Below, piece by piece: positions 13,138-25,493 of a stretch of DNA of 64,000 bases (the first letter of the stretch is position 1; each line of letters starts with the position of its first letter). Source of the DNA: Octopus vulgaris. Taxonomy: Eukaryota. Position numbers and translations under genes: made by a program. The stretch covers positions 189,472,001 to 189,536,000 of the forward strand of contig OX597814.1 of assembly GCA_951406725.2 (NCBI GenBank), written 5' to 3'. The notes beneath the pieces were generated by a model. The model was given only the letters and a program-made list of their open reading frames with translations, searched no databases and was not told the origin of the DNA.

Positions 13138-14177
13138 CACGCGCAACGTCAAAAGGCATAAAAGAGATACAGATTAATGCACAGATGATCCCAAATGCCT
13201 AATGTCAAATCTTGAGAGACACATTCTAGATAAACCATAGTTAACTGTTAGGAACGCATCGTCCGAGCTAATTAAAATTTATAGAGAAAACAAAAGATGG
13301 ACAAATAGTTATTTATGCCATAAAACACATATAATTAGTTATACATATGTGTTATGTTGTCTTGTATGCTTATAACTTGCTTCAGTCATTGGATTGCAAC
13401 CATACAAAGGCACCGTTGTGAAGGATTTTAGTGAAATTAGCTGACTAATTTAAAACTCATTTTTAAAGCCTTTTAAATATTTTAAATATTATCAGTTCCT
13501 TTATATAGCATATAACTATTCTTTTCTAATTTAGGCACTAGGCCCGAAATTTTGGGTGAGGGGGCCAGTCGATTTGATCGACTCCAGTACGCAATTGGTA
13601 CTTAATTTATGGACCGAAAAGCAAAGACGACCTCGGCGGAATTTGAACGTAAAGACAGGTGAAAGCTCATATAAAAACATATGAGGAAAAAATTGATTAA
13701 TACGGCATACAACCAAGAGAGTCAAAGGAAGAAAGAAAGAAAGAAACACACAGGATTATTGACATCTTACAGGTTGTTGAGGATAGCTCTTCTTAAAAAG
13801 AACCATCCATGGGCTAAATAAAAACAACCTCGACAATAGCGACCAGTATGAACTCGTATATAAACATAAATTGTATTTACCAATGGAAGAAAGTCGTCGC
13901 CACCTCCAACACTAAGTCCGTTATGGTTCGATATGCTTGGAATAGAACGCTTAATCTGTTGCCTGGTTTAACAACGATGTCCTCTGGAGCCTTTAGCATA
14001 GCTCACGCTACTGCAATTATGTGGGCCAGGTTTCTAGTTATAAGAGTCAACCTCCTTTATTCCAAGTCTTGGAGGCTCTCAAAGTGTAAAGTGCCATAGG
14101 GGTTTCCAATGCCACCTTTTTTTAAGTTGTTAAAAATAAATGTTTTTTTTCTGTCTTTGAATATTTTATTTCCGCCT

Positions 14178-14830
14178 AAGGCGGTGAGCTGGCAGGGTTA
14201 TAAGCATGTGGTATTTCTTATTTCTTTATTGCCCACAAGGGGTTAAACATAGAGGGGACAAACAAGGACAGACAGACGGATTAAGTCGATTATATCGACC
14301 TCAGTGCGTAACTGGTACTTATTTAATCGACCCCGAAAGGATGAAAGGCAAAGTCGACCTCGGCGGAATTTGAACTCAGAACGTAACGGCAGACAAAATA
14401 CCACTAAGCATTTCGCGCAGCGTGCTAACGATTCTGCCAGCTCGCCGCCTACAGGTGGTATTTCTTTCGGTGGTATTTCTTTCGGATTACGTTCTAAGTT
14501 CAAAGCTACGTTCTGAGTTCAAATTCCGCCAAGGTCGACTTTGACTTTCATCCTCTCGGGGTCGATTAAATAAGTACCAGTTACGCACTGGGGTTAATAT
14601 AATCGACTTAATCCGTTTGTCTGTCCTTGTTTGTCCTCTCTGTGTTTAGCCCCTTGTGGGTAGTAAAGAAATATGTATTTCTTTCGGACTAACGTTCTGA
14701 ATTAAAATTCCGTGAATGTCTGCTTTGTATATCATATTTTTTGTTTGATAAAAATAAGTTACAGTTAAGCACTGGGGGTTGATGTAATCGGCTAGCCCCC
14801 ACCACCAAATTTCCTTTTCTATAGTAGAAA
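14178..14830. mobile_element. nested cluster of SINE family B (antisense copy 14220-14449 inside a plus-strand copy)
   Basis: B consensus GGCGGCGAGCTGGCAGAA..GTTCTGAGTTCAAATTCCGCCGAGGTCGACTTTGCCTTTCATCC. TSD GTGGTATTTCTT at 14208-14219 and 14455-14466. Confidence 0.85.
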
Positions 14831-15275
14831 AAATATTTTCTTCCCCTATCGACGCAGCAACCATTCCATATTTTAACTTTTTTAAAAACTGATGATGTAA
14901 ACCATCGCAAATCATATTCATCATTGTCTTTAAAATGATGAATATGATGTAACTATAGATATAAAAAAAGACTGTAAGGTCGCATTTAGAATACTTTCCA
15001 ACTTAGCATGTTTTCCATTGTTTAAGGACAACTTGTGATTAAACAACAACGCCAGCAAGAGTTGTTGAGAAACTGTAACTATTTTAATTATTATTATTTG
15101 TGCATAGAAATACTGTGGAAGTTGCTTATTATATTCGGAATAATTTTATCAACACCTTATTTTTATCAGTCAGTTATTGTTATCGAAAAGACTTCGTCCC
15201 AAAGTGATCACAATAAATGGTTTCTACCGTATACATACAGGCCTATAAACAGAAGGTTAGACATGCATTGAGATA

Positions 15276-15563
15276 AGGCGGCGAGCTGGCAGAATCGTTA
15301 GCACTTTGGGCGAAATGCTCAGCAGTATTTCGTCTGTCATTACGTTCTGTCCTTTCTGTCCTTTCTGTGTTTAGTCCCTTGTGGGTAGTAAAGAAATAGG
15401 TATTTCGTCTGCCGTTACGTTCTGAGTTCAAATTCCGCCGTTGTCGACTTTGCCTTTCATCCTTTCGAGGTCGATAAATTAAGTGCCAATTGAGTACTGG
15501 GGTCGATGGGATCGACTTACCCCTTCCCCCAAAATGTCAGGCCTTGTGCCTATTGTAGAAAAT
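15276..15563 (+). mobile_element. SINE family B with 15-bp TSD and an internal secondary tail insertion
   Basis: TSD ACATGCATTGAGATA at 15261-15275 and 15564-15578. Confidence 0.9.
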
Positions 15564-15899
15564 ACATGCATTGAGATAGATAGATAGATTGATAGATAGA
15601 TAGATAGATATGTGAATGTAGGTATATGCTAATTTCAATGTGTAAATATTGAAAACACTGTTTCAGTTGAACTCACAACACACACACAAAACGATGCCTA
15701 CACGCGTGCACACGCACATACACACACATCTATGTCAGTCTGTCTTCTGTTGTGAGCTGTCAATTATCCTATGCAAAATGTGCGCGTTTGCACGTCTTTA
15801 ACAGCACTAAATTCAAATGTTAGTTAGTGTTATGGGTCTTTCACAGCAGAAAATGTGATGTCCTTTTTGTAGTTATTGATGTTTCTGTTTTATATATTA

Positions 15900-16166
15900 C
15901 TGGCAGTATCGCCCGGCGTTGCTCGGGTTTGTAAGGGAAATAACTATATAAGCATTTTTAGAGAGTTACTTCCCTTATATAATAGCAAAAAAAATGCATT
16001 AAAAATGAGAAAAAGATGATGGTAATTTTTTTTTTAAATCGTAGACTCATCGTAGACGCGCGCTAATACCCAGAAGGGCTCGATATGAATCACGACTATA
16101 AGATACCCGGTTTTGGTTAAACTGCACCGCAAAATGTGGGAGTAGTTAGGAATATATATATAAAGA
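15900..16166 (-). mobile_element. non-autonomous Helitron
   Basis: Minus strand starts A|TC(TTTATATA) and ends with hairpin CCCGAGCAACGCCGGG + CGATACTGCCAG|T (CTAG mutated). The 3' ~120 bp is shared with 50240-50625. Confidence 0.75.
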
Positions 16167-16249
16167 TTTTATGACATAGTCCTGTTTCCAAATCTTTTTA
16201 CTCTTAGCCAACTCTAGATATATATTCCATATCTTAGCGACTCGAACAC

Positions 16250-16312
16250 CCTTAAATCCTTAAAATCCTTTAAAATGTTTTAGCCCGAAGGCCGCGGCCA
16301 TGCTGGGGCACC
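16250..16312 (-). mobile_element. 3' tail fragment of CR1-like LINE
   Basis: TGGTGCCCCAGCATGGCCGC motif and (AAGGATTT)n terminus, as in the LINE fragment at 46020. Confidence 0.6.
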
Positions 16313-17962
16313 AACCCTGCATAAAATTATTAATCGTTTTATTTTTCTTTCATAAAATTAAATCACTTAAGGGTTTAAGCAAATCACAAAACTATCTTTG
16401 AAAGATTTGACGGTACTTAATCCATCAAACATTACTAAAAGTTTTCAGATTTTTACTTTAACCTAAAACATTGTTCAGACCTAATTCTTCTATAATTCTT
16501 TATTAAGAGGCCATTTCTCTCGTAGGGCTCCCTTACTACCGGCAAGGGCCAAGGTTTCCCTACCTTAGGGAATGCACCTTGCGTCTATAATAACATTACA
16601 AATATGTTAGTTCAAATTCCGCCGAGGTCGACTTTGCCTTTCATCCTTTCGGGGTCGATAAATTAAGTACCAGTTACGCACTGGGGTCGATATAATCGAC
16701 TTAATCCCTTTGTCTGTCCTTGTTTGTCCCCTTTGTGTTTAGCCCATTGTAGGCAATAAAGAAATAAGAAATAAGAATTAAACACAAAAATAGTTCAAAA
16801 ATACATTTGAACATAATTAACTTATACCAATTTCTTGCGGAACCCCTACCATCCTCTCGCAGAATCCTGGCATTTTAGTGAGCGCCGGATGGAAAACGCA
16901 GCTTTATATTAATTATTGTTATCTTTCTATTGCTTTTAGCGGTATACTTTCGATTTTCTGGGTTTTTTTGCTGAGGAGGTCCAAAATCGAATTTCTAATG
17001 ATCCTATTGATTTCAAAGATAATAAACAAGGCTGCTTCCTTTATTTCCGAACACAGGAATATAGGACCATTTGAACTCATAACTGCAACGCAATGATCGG
17101 GGTGTACCTTTGTTAATCCCTTCGAAAGTAGAAATTCTTAAATGCGTAGCTTTTCTGCTGTTAGGTCGCTAAAATAAATCGCTAAACTATATCAAGTTGT
17201 CTGCTGTGTCTGGGGAGAGTCATTTTCTTTTTGTGCCTTATAATGTAACACACTCACCGGTAAAATTTCCACTTATTTCTTACTTTTATTTTCCTAAAAT
17301 TTTCGTTGCGTCTTGCAACCTTTTCAGTATCATGTAGATTTTAGTCTTGTAAAATAGAAATCCACTTTACAAGTGCCTCTGCGTAAATCTTCACCAACAA
17401 AAATATAGCAAATTTCCAAGTCACGCCATACCTTCTTAGAATAAGATACTGTGTAATGCAGATCTGTGTTCCCTGAACATAGGATAATATGGGGAGATCA
17501 TGGCATGGAAAGCTTCTAACTTTTGGTATGCTCATTCAGGAATGACCGGGTCTCAAAATGTCAGCAAAAAGAACAACAAGAACAAGTAATACAAAAGGAA
17601 TATCCTTACTGTTTGAAGTTACGAGAACACGAACCACAAACCTTTAGGGTTTTTTTCCTTATATTATCCGCTACGTTATCTTTACACCTATCTGTACTTA
17701 TGCGCTGCTTAGTTGTCTGTATGTTACATTAGGACGTAACTCTAATCTAAGAATTCATTTATTGTTATTTGTCTTTGATAAGATGCAAAAAAAATTTCAA
17801 GGCTTACACAATGGGAGATTGTAACCTTAATGTTTTTTCCAAAATGCTCAATAGCGTAAAGTCAGTTAGCCCCAATGGCCAGCATACTGTAGTACTAGCT
17901 GCCACAGTAATATTCTAAACTCTATTGCATCGTAATGGAATGCTGTTATTTAATTACACTCT

Positions 17963-18510
17963 AAGGTAGTGGGTTGGCAGAGTCGTTACCGCACTGGATA
18001 GAATTATTAACGGTATTTTTTCCGGCATTTGTAGAGGCGCAATGGCCCAGTGGTTAGGGCAGCGGACTCGTGAGCAGAGGATCGCGGTTTCGATTCCCAG
18101 ACCGGGCGTTGTGTTTGTTTATTAAAGGCGGCGAGCTGGCAGAAACGTTAGCACGCCGGGCGAAATGTGTAGCCGTATTTCGTCTGCCGTTACGTTCTGA
18201 GGTCAAATTCCGCCGAGGTCGACTTTACCTTTCATCCTTTCGGGGTCGATAAATTAAATACCAGTTACGCACTGAGGTCGATGTAATTGACTTAATCCGT
18301 TTGTCTGTCCTTGTTTATCCCCTCTGTGTGTAGCCCCTTGTGGGCAATAAAGAAATAGGTATTTCTTCCAGCATTCCGTTCCGAATTCAAACTCTGCAAA
18401 GTTCGACTTTGTCTTTCATCTTTTCGGGCTCTATAAAATAAATGCTATTTAATAACTGGGGTCGATGTAATCGATTAGCCCCCACCCATCAAAAAATTTC
18501 AAGCCTTGTG
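17963..18510 (+). mobile_element. old SINE B copy interrupted by a SINE C head (18033-18122) and a young SINE B (18124-18358)
   Basis: Diverged B head, then C head, then near-consensus B unit joined at AAAGAAATAG|GTATTTC to the diverged remainder. Confidence 0.8.
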
Positions 18511-18842
18511 TCGATACCTAAGGTAATTTAGCTACACTCTAATCAGTGCATCTATGATTTGGCATTCGTAAACGCCAACCTCTTCAGTTTCATCCATCAG
18601 GAAGGTTTCCTCCAGTCTGTAACACTTCTCATTCGTACAGTCAAGAAGCGCAACATCTTTCAACTTCGTAACTGGCATCATATCACTCACGCTTCCGAAA
18701 ACAGTTATATCAATTCATTGATTCTGCTTCCTTTGTTACATCAGTACCATTTCTATTCAGACAGATCTACTGAAAACTTACTATCTTTGGTCGCATACTG
18801 AAATGGTCCTTTCTTACCCCTCTTGACATCATCGGTAACAAA

Positions 18843-19385
18843 TTTTTTTTTTACGCCTTTCACGGAAATTATCTATATATTTAATAATAACGTAACATAC
18901 CCTACTTGATAAAACGAAAGAAGCTAACAAAAACTGAAAAATTTTGTTGTTAAATATTTTGGTTGTTTCTATGAATTGAAAGTACTTATTAATGGTCGGC
19001 AGATCCTTGGAAATGAATTGTATCTTTAATATTGGTAATCTTTTGAAAACTGGCTTTAAAATTTTATCTCTCTCAATCTGATAATTTTTACATTGAAATA
19101 TATAATGCCATAAACTTTCTGAATAGTCTCGGTAAAAACATAAAGGTGATTCCATACGACCTGTTTGCGATAGTATATAATATGACCCGTACGTAGTCAA
19201 CAAAATCTTTGATTATTTGTATTGTTCAGTGATCGATAAGTTTTATAAGATGATAAATCTGCTTGAGATAATGGCGGATTAAAGTTTGATATTTTATCTA
19301 TCGATTCTTCCCAATATTTTCCCCCACTCTTAACTGATTACGTTTTTACAAAATGGTCTTACTTGGGATAGATTTAAATGCAATC
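18843..19385 (-). mobile_element. 3' fragment of I-group (I/Nimb/R1-like) LINE ORF2, degenerate
   Basis: LRTGH motif (frameshifted), then ESPLCFYRDYSESLWHYIFQC, a decayed C-terminal CCHC knuckle. A-rich end at ~18843-18852. Confidence 0.6.
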
Positions 19386-19393
19386 TATGTATG

Positions 19394-19444
<51 letters not shown>

Positions 19445-19633
19445 GTGTATATGTATATGTATATATGTATATATATGTATATATATATATATGTATGTAT
19501 ATATATATGTATATATATGTATATGTATGGATATATGTATATATATATGTATATGTATATGTATATATGTATATATGTGTATGTATATGTATATATATAT
19601 GTATATATATATGTATATATATATATGTATATA

Positions 19634-19690
<57 letters not shown>

Positions 19691-19762
19691 ATATGTATAT
19701 ATATATATATGTATATATATATGTGTATATATATATGTATGTATATATATATATGTATGTAT

Positions 19763-19816
<54 letters not shown>

Positions 19817-20819
19817 GTATATATATATATGTATGTATATATATGTATATATATATGTATATATATATATGTATGTATATATATATGTATATATATGTAT
19901 ATATATATATATATATTACTACTTGTTTTCTTTTTTTTTGAAGACTCTGTTTGTTTGTTTGTTTGATTTTGTTGTTTTTTTTATCTTGTTTTGCTGATTC
20001 TTCTTTTGTTTTCCATAATATTTGTATGAGCCGGCATCTAAATTATTGTTATCTTTCTATTGCTTTTAGCGGTATACTTTCGATTTTCTGGGGTTTTTTT
20101 TTTTATAACACAACCACTTCTTCTTGATTGAAATAAATCTAGATTAGATAAACTAGCAGCCAAAAAAAAAAAAAAAAGTTTCCCCATGCCATTTCTTTAG
20201 CAAAATCTGAAATTATTATTCTGAACCGCTCTGCGTCACTTACAAATTCACCAGGTAATTTTGAGCTAATATTTTTTATCAATATATTGATAATTTCAAG
20301 TACCTCCACGCCCTAGTCCATAGTCTGGATTTGACCTATCTATATAACTAATCAAGATATCAAGTTTAATTGAATATTAATTACTATAGTGATATTCTTT
20401 TGCCTCCACTTTTGATTTTGCTATATTATTTTCATATAGGACTTTAATAGTCTTCCCTATGGGGTTTGCCAAAATTTGTTTTGTAGTTTTAAGAAAGACT
20501 ATGAACAATTAGTAATGTACACTTCTTAAATTCATCTACCTATAAGACTGGTGGTTATTCCCGATTCATGTCAATAACAACATAATACAGTTTTGTCTAT
20601 TTGGACACGGAAATTTTCAATAGCTTCAAGAAAGACAATACAAGTATCTACAAGTATCTATCTGGTTATAAAAAAATACTATTTTTTATTATATTACTTT
20701 CATAATCTTTATGCGAGTGTGACAGTGTGGTAAAGCGTTAACTTCCCAATCACATGGATTCAGGTTCAGTCTCACTGTGTGGCACATTGACCAAGTGTCT
20801 TCTGCTATAATTCCAGATA

Positions 20820-21919
20820 GACCGAAATGCTTAGCGGTATTTCGTCTGCCGCTATGTTCTGAGTTCAAATTCCGCCGAGGTCGACTTTGCCTTTCATCCT
20901 TTCGGGGTCAATTAAATAAGTACCAGTTACGCACTGGGGTCAATATAATCGACTTAATCTGTTTGTCTGTCCTTGTTTGTCTCTTCTGTGTTTAGCGCCT
21001 TGTGGGTAGTAAAGAAATAGGTATTTCGTCTGTCTTTACGTTCTGAGTTCAAACTCCATCGAAGTTAACTTTGCCTTTCATTCTTTCGGGAGCGATAAAT
21101 TAAGTACCAGTTGCGTACTGGGGTAGATCTAATCGACTGGCTCCCTCCCCCAAGTTTCGGGCCTTTTGCCTAGAGTAGAAAAGATTGAGCAATATTTCTG
21201 CCGGTCGCTCATTTCTGAGTTCAAATTCCGCCGTGGTCGACTTTGCCCTTCATCCTTTCGGGTTCGACTAAATAAGTATCAGTTGAGTACTGGAGTCGAT
21301 GTAATCGACTTGTCCCAAAAATTGCTGCCCTTGGGGCAAAATTTGAAACCATTAATGTCATTATTATTAAGGTGGCGAGCTGGCAGAATCGTTAGCGCAC
21401 TGGACAAAATGCTTAGCGGCATTTTGCCTGTCGCTACGTTCTGAATTCAAAAGACTTTGCCTTTCGTCCTTCCGGGATTCGATAAATTAAGCTGGCCGAA
21501 TCTTTAGCACACTCGACGAAATGCTTAGCGGTATTTCGTCCGTCGCTCCGTTCTGAGTTCAAATTCTGCCGAGGTCAACTTTGCCTTTCATCCTTTCGGG
21601 GTCAATAAATTAAGTACCAGTGAAACACTGGGCTTCATGTAATCGACTAGACCCCTACCCCCAAAACTGAAAAGGCCTTGTACCTTCAGTAGAAAGGATT
21701 ATTATGACGGCGAGTTGGCTGAACCTTTAGCGCCCCCGACGAAATGCTTAGCGGTATTTCGCCCGTCGCTCAGTTCTGAGTTCAAATTCTGCCGAGGTCG
21801 ACTTAGCCTTTTATCCTTTCGGGGTCGATAAATAAAGTAATAATGAAGCACTGGTGTCGATGTAATCGACTTAATCCCCTTCCTCCAGCTGCCCTTGTGG
21901 CAAAGATTTGAAATCATTG

Positions 21920-21976
<57 letters not shown>

Positions 21977-22170
21977 AGGTGGCGAGCTCGCAGAATCGTT
22001 AGCACGCCGAGTAAAACGCTTAGCTTCGTTTCGTTCGGCATTACGTTCTGTGTTCAAATTCCACCGAGGCTAAATTGCGGGGTCGATACAATAAGTACCA
22101 GCTGTTGTAATCAACTTAGCCCCCTCCCTCAAAATTGCTGGTCTTGAGCCAAAATTTGAAACCATTATGA
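20820..22170 (+). mobile_element. cluster of same-orientation SINE B copies of different ages
   Basis: Six to seven partial or whole B units with two tail types. Preceded by a SINE A head (~20713-20823). Confidence 0.85.
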
Positions 22171-23155
22171 TCATTATTAAGGCAGGACTGGGAAGATCAT
22201 TAAACCCTCAACTCGTGCCTATAGTAGAAAGAATTATTATTAGTGCTATCACTAGTACTATTTCAGGTGTTGTTAATGGCTTAATTTCATATTTCATCTG
22301 TGCCTGTAGCAGAATATTCGTCTAATGCATTTTTAGTTGAGATATTAACAATGTTAAGTGTTTAATGAATGCTAAGTGGAGATACTGCTATCTTTGGATT
22401 GAGAGGAGCAAATGATATATTTTTACACTTTGTTTAAAAAGAAATTTCGCAAAATTTGTTAAGTATTACTTATGATCATTAGTGAAGCATAACAAACGCT
22501 CTTTGAAAACTAATCGCCCTATGATGCCAATTTTCTTTAAGAAACTTGTAAGAAGTTTTGATATTAAGAGTTCATTTGTTCAATTCCAGCGAATCACTAG
22601 TATTGCCAACACAGGAAAGCTCGAAGTTGCTGTTAACATCAAAGTAAAATAATGGAATATTCTAGTAAGTGCGTAAAAAGTATGAGATACATTGTACTAA
22701 AAAGGACTGTACACATATAGCATTGTACTAATTAGGATTCGAATATTGACACCATGTCTTGCATTTTAGAAGATTCTAGAGCAGATACAGGGGCTTTCGA
22801 GACACGGGCCGCATAAGACATGGCTCATCATGTTTTCAGTGATACCGCACTACTGAAAACAACCTATGTAGTTTTCTATTAAGCCCGTTGTTCCGTGGGC
22901 TGCATGCAATCCGCAGGTCTAGATTAACCCCAGTACTTAACTGGGACTTTGATTTATTGGAACACGGAAGTATGGATGACAAAGTTGACCCATGCAGGGT
23001 CAACTGGAACGTAAAAGAAGTATTGAATATCGATTTCTGACATGGTACAATATCCGTATTTGACTGATAGTTTCTTTGTCGACTTGGAAGAATGAAGGAC
23101 AAACCCAGAACGTGATATCACGCAAAAAACATATACCATGAGTGTATTTTATACC

Positions 23156-23755
23156 TATTTGTTTACTACCCACAAGGGGCTAAACACAGAGAGAACAAAC
23201 AAGTACGGACAAGCAGATTAAGTCGATTATATCGACCCCAGTGCGTGACTGGTATTTATTTAATCGACCCCGAAAGGATAAATGGCAAAGTCGACATCGG
23301 CGGAATTTGAACTCAGAACATAGCGGCAGACGAAATACCTATTTCTTTACAACCCATAAGGGGCTAAACACTGAAGGGACAAACACAGATAGACAAACCG
23401 ATTAAGTTGATTACATCGACCCCAGTGCGCAACTGGTACTTAATTGATTGACCCCGAAAGGATGAAAGGCAAAGTCGACATCGGCGGAATTTGAACTCAG
23501 AACATAGCGGCAGACGAAATACCTATTTCTTTACAACCCATAAGGGGCTAAATACTGAGGGGACAAACACGGACAGACAAACCGATTAAGTTGATTACAT
23601 CGACCCCAGTGCGCAACTGGTACTTAATTGATTGACCCCGAAAGTATGAAAGGCAAAGTCGACCTCGGCGGAATTTGAACTCAGAACGTAACGGCAGACG
23701 AAATACGGATACGCATTTCGCCCGGCGTGCTAACGGTTCTGCCAGCTCGTCGCCT
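23156..23755 (-). mobile_element. SINE B tandem trimer
   Basis: Three ~182-bp units with one head. TSD GTATTTTATACC on both sides (23144-23155, 23761-23772). Confidence 0.9.
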
Positions 23756-23820
23756 TGAGGGTATTTTATACCATCACTCTAATGATTCTGTTGCTCATGC
23801 CTTGTGACATTTTGTAGTGC

Positions 23821-23865
<45 letters not shown>

Positions 23866-24000
23866 TTTTACACGTTTCTGTGAAATATTCAATCACTTAA
23901 TTCAATTGACAGGTAATTCACTTGATCAAACAACTGAATATCGTTATCGTAGAGACCGACGGAGATCCTTCTGGTATAGTATACATATAGTATACATTTA

Positions 24001-24420
24001 AAGGTGGCGAGCTGGCAGAAACGTTAGCACACCGGGCGAAATGCTTAACGGTATTTCGTCTGCCGTTACGTTCTGAGTTCAAATTCCACCGAGGTCGACT
24101 TTGCCTTTCATCCCTTCGGGGTCGATAAATTAAGTACCAGTTACGCACTGGGGTTGATATAATCGACTTAATCCGTTTGTCTGTCCTTGTTTGTCCGCTC
24201 TGTGTTTAGCCCCTTGTGGGTAATAAAGAAATAGGTATTTCGTCTGCCGTTACGTTCTGAGTTCAAATTCCACCGAGGTCGACTTTGCCTTTCATCCTTT
24301 CGGGGTCGATAAATTAAGTACCAGGTACACACTGGGGTCGATATAATCGACTTAATCCGTTTGTCCGTCCTTGTTTGTCCTCTCTGTGTTTAGCCCCTTG
24401 TGGGTAGTAAAGAATTAGGT
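24001..24420 (+). mobile_element. SINE B tandem dimer
   Basis: Head plus two units joined at AAAGAAATAG|GTATTTCG. Confidence 0.9.
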
Positions 24421-24469
24421 ATAATATACATATATAAATGCGCACCATCCGCACATACCTACACAGACA

Positions 24470-24508
<39 letters not shown>

Positions 24509-25070
24509 GTATACAGAGAGAGAGAGAGAGAGAGAGATTGAGAGAGAAAGAGATCAAACAAGAGAAAGAGAAGAAAGAAAAAAGAAAGAAAAGCAGCGAA
24601 GACAACAAACATTAATGAAACCATAATAAAGATGATTAATTTTTAAAATATGCGGAGTGAGAAAGGAGGGCAGCCCAGCATAAAAGAGGACAGCTATAGA
24701 GTTTAACAATTTCCGCGGGAATGTGTGTACATTAGATTGTGTGTGTAGTCAGATATAGCCATAGATATACAAAATTAGGGAAGTAATTATTAATTAGCAG
24801 AACGTAAGTGTTTGTCATTTTGTATGTAAAGTTAATGTATGGGGGAGGGGCGTGGGGGTAACAAAAAAATTAATGGTGTGCGCGGAAATCTTGAAATGTT
24901 TTAACGATTTCGTCAAAAGCTACGTGAAATTTGACAAGTATTTTCCAGAATATGTGTAATTAGAAAAAAAAAAAATTCAAATGTTTTGTGCAATTTGTAA
25001 AATGTCGTCAACATTTGTAAAATGTCGTCCATGCAACATTTGAGAAATCCCATAAAACGTTTAGTCATTT

Positions 25071-25287
25071 ACTCTTTTACTTGTTTCAGTAATTTGACTG
25101 CGGCCATGCTGGAGCACCACCTTTGGTCGAGCAAATAGACACCCAGGATTTATTCTTTGTAAGCCTAGTACTTGTTATATCGGTCTCTTTTGCTGAACCT
25201 CTAAGTTACGGGGACTTAACTTAGCGGACACACCTGCATCGGTTGTCAAGCGATGTTGGGGGGACAAACACAGGCACACAAACATAT

Positions 25288-25342
<55 letters not shown>

Positions 25343-25493
25343 TACGACGGGCTTCTTTCAGTTTCCGTCTACCAAATCTTCTCACAAGGCTTCTATAGTA
25401 GAAGATACTTGCCCAAGGTGCCACGCAGTGGGACTAAACCCGGAACCATGTGGTTGGTAAGCAAGCTACTTACCACACAGCCACTCCTGCGCC
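25071..25493 (-). mobile_element. SINE family A
   Basis: Same structure as 706-1151, with a small internal deletion. Confidence 0.9.

Noticed and set aside
14304-14516. Recurrent peptides MRNWYL..RPRKDERQSRPRRNLNSER and LRSEFKFRRGRLCLSSFRGR
   Set aside because: Incidental translations of non-coding SINE B; stops and frames vary between copies.
18033-18110. tRNA gene (also 35129, 42070 and SINE A heads)
   Set aside because: A/B boxes are present, but there is no proper acceptor stem or T-run terminator and each continues into a repeat body.
18528-18715. ~60-codon minus-strand frame (..LKDVALLDCTNEKCYRLEETFLMDETEEVGVYECQIIDALIRV*)
   Set aside because: No clear splice sites or recognisable family. 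It is adjacent to LINE debris and its length is compatible with chance.
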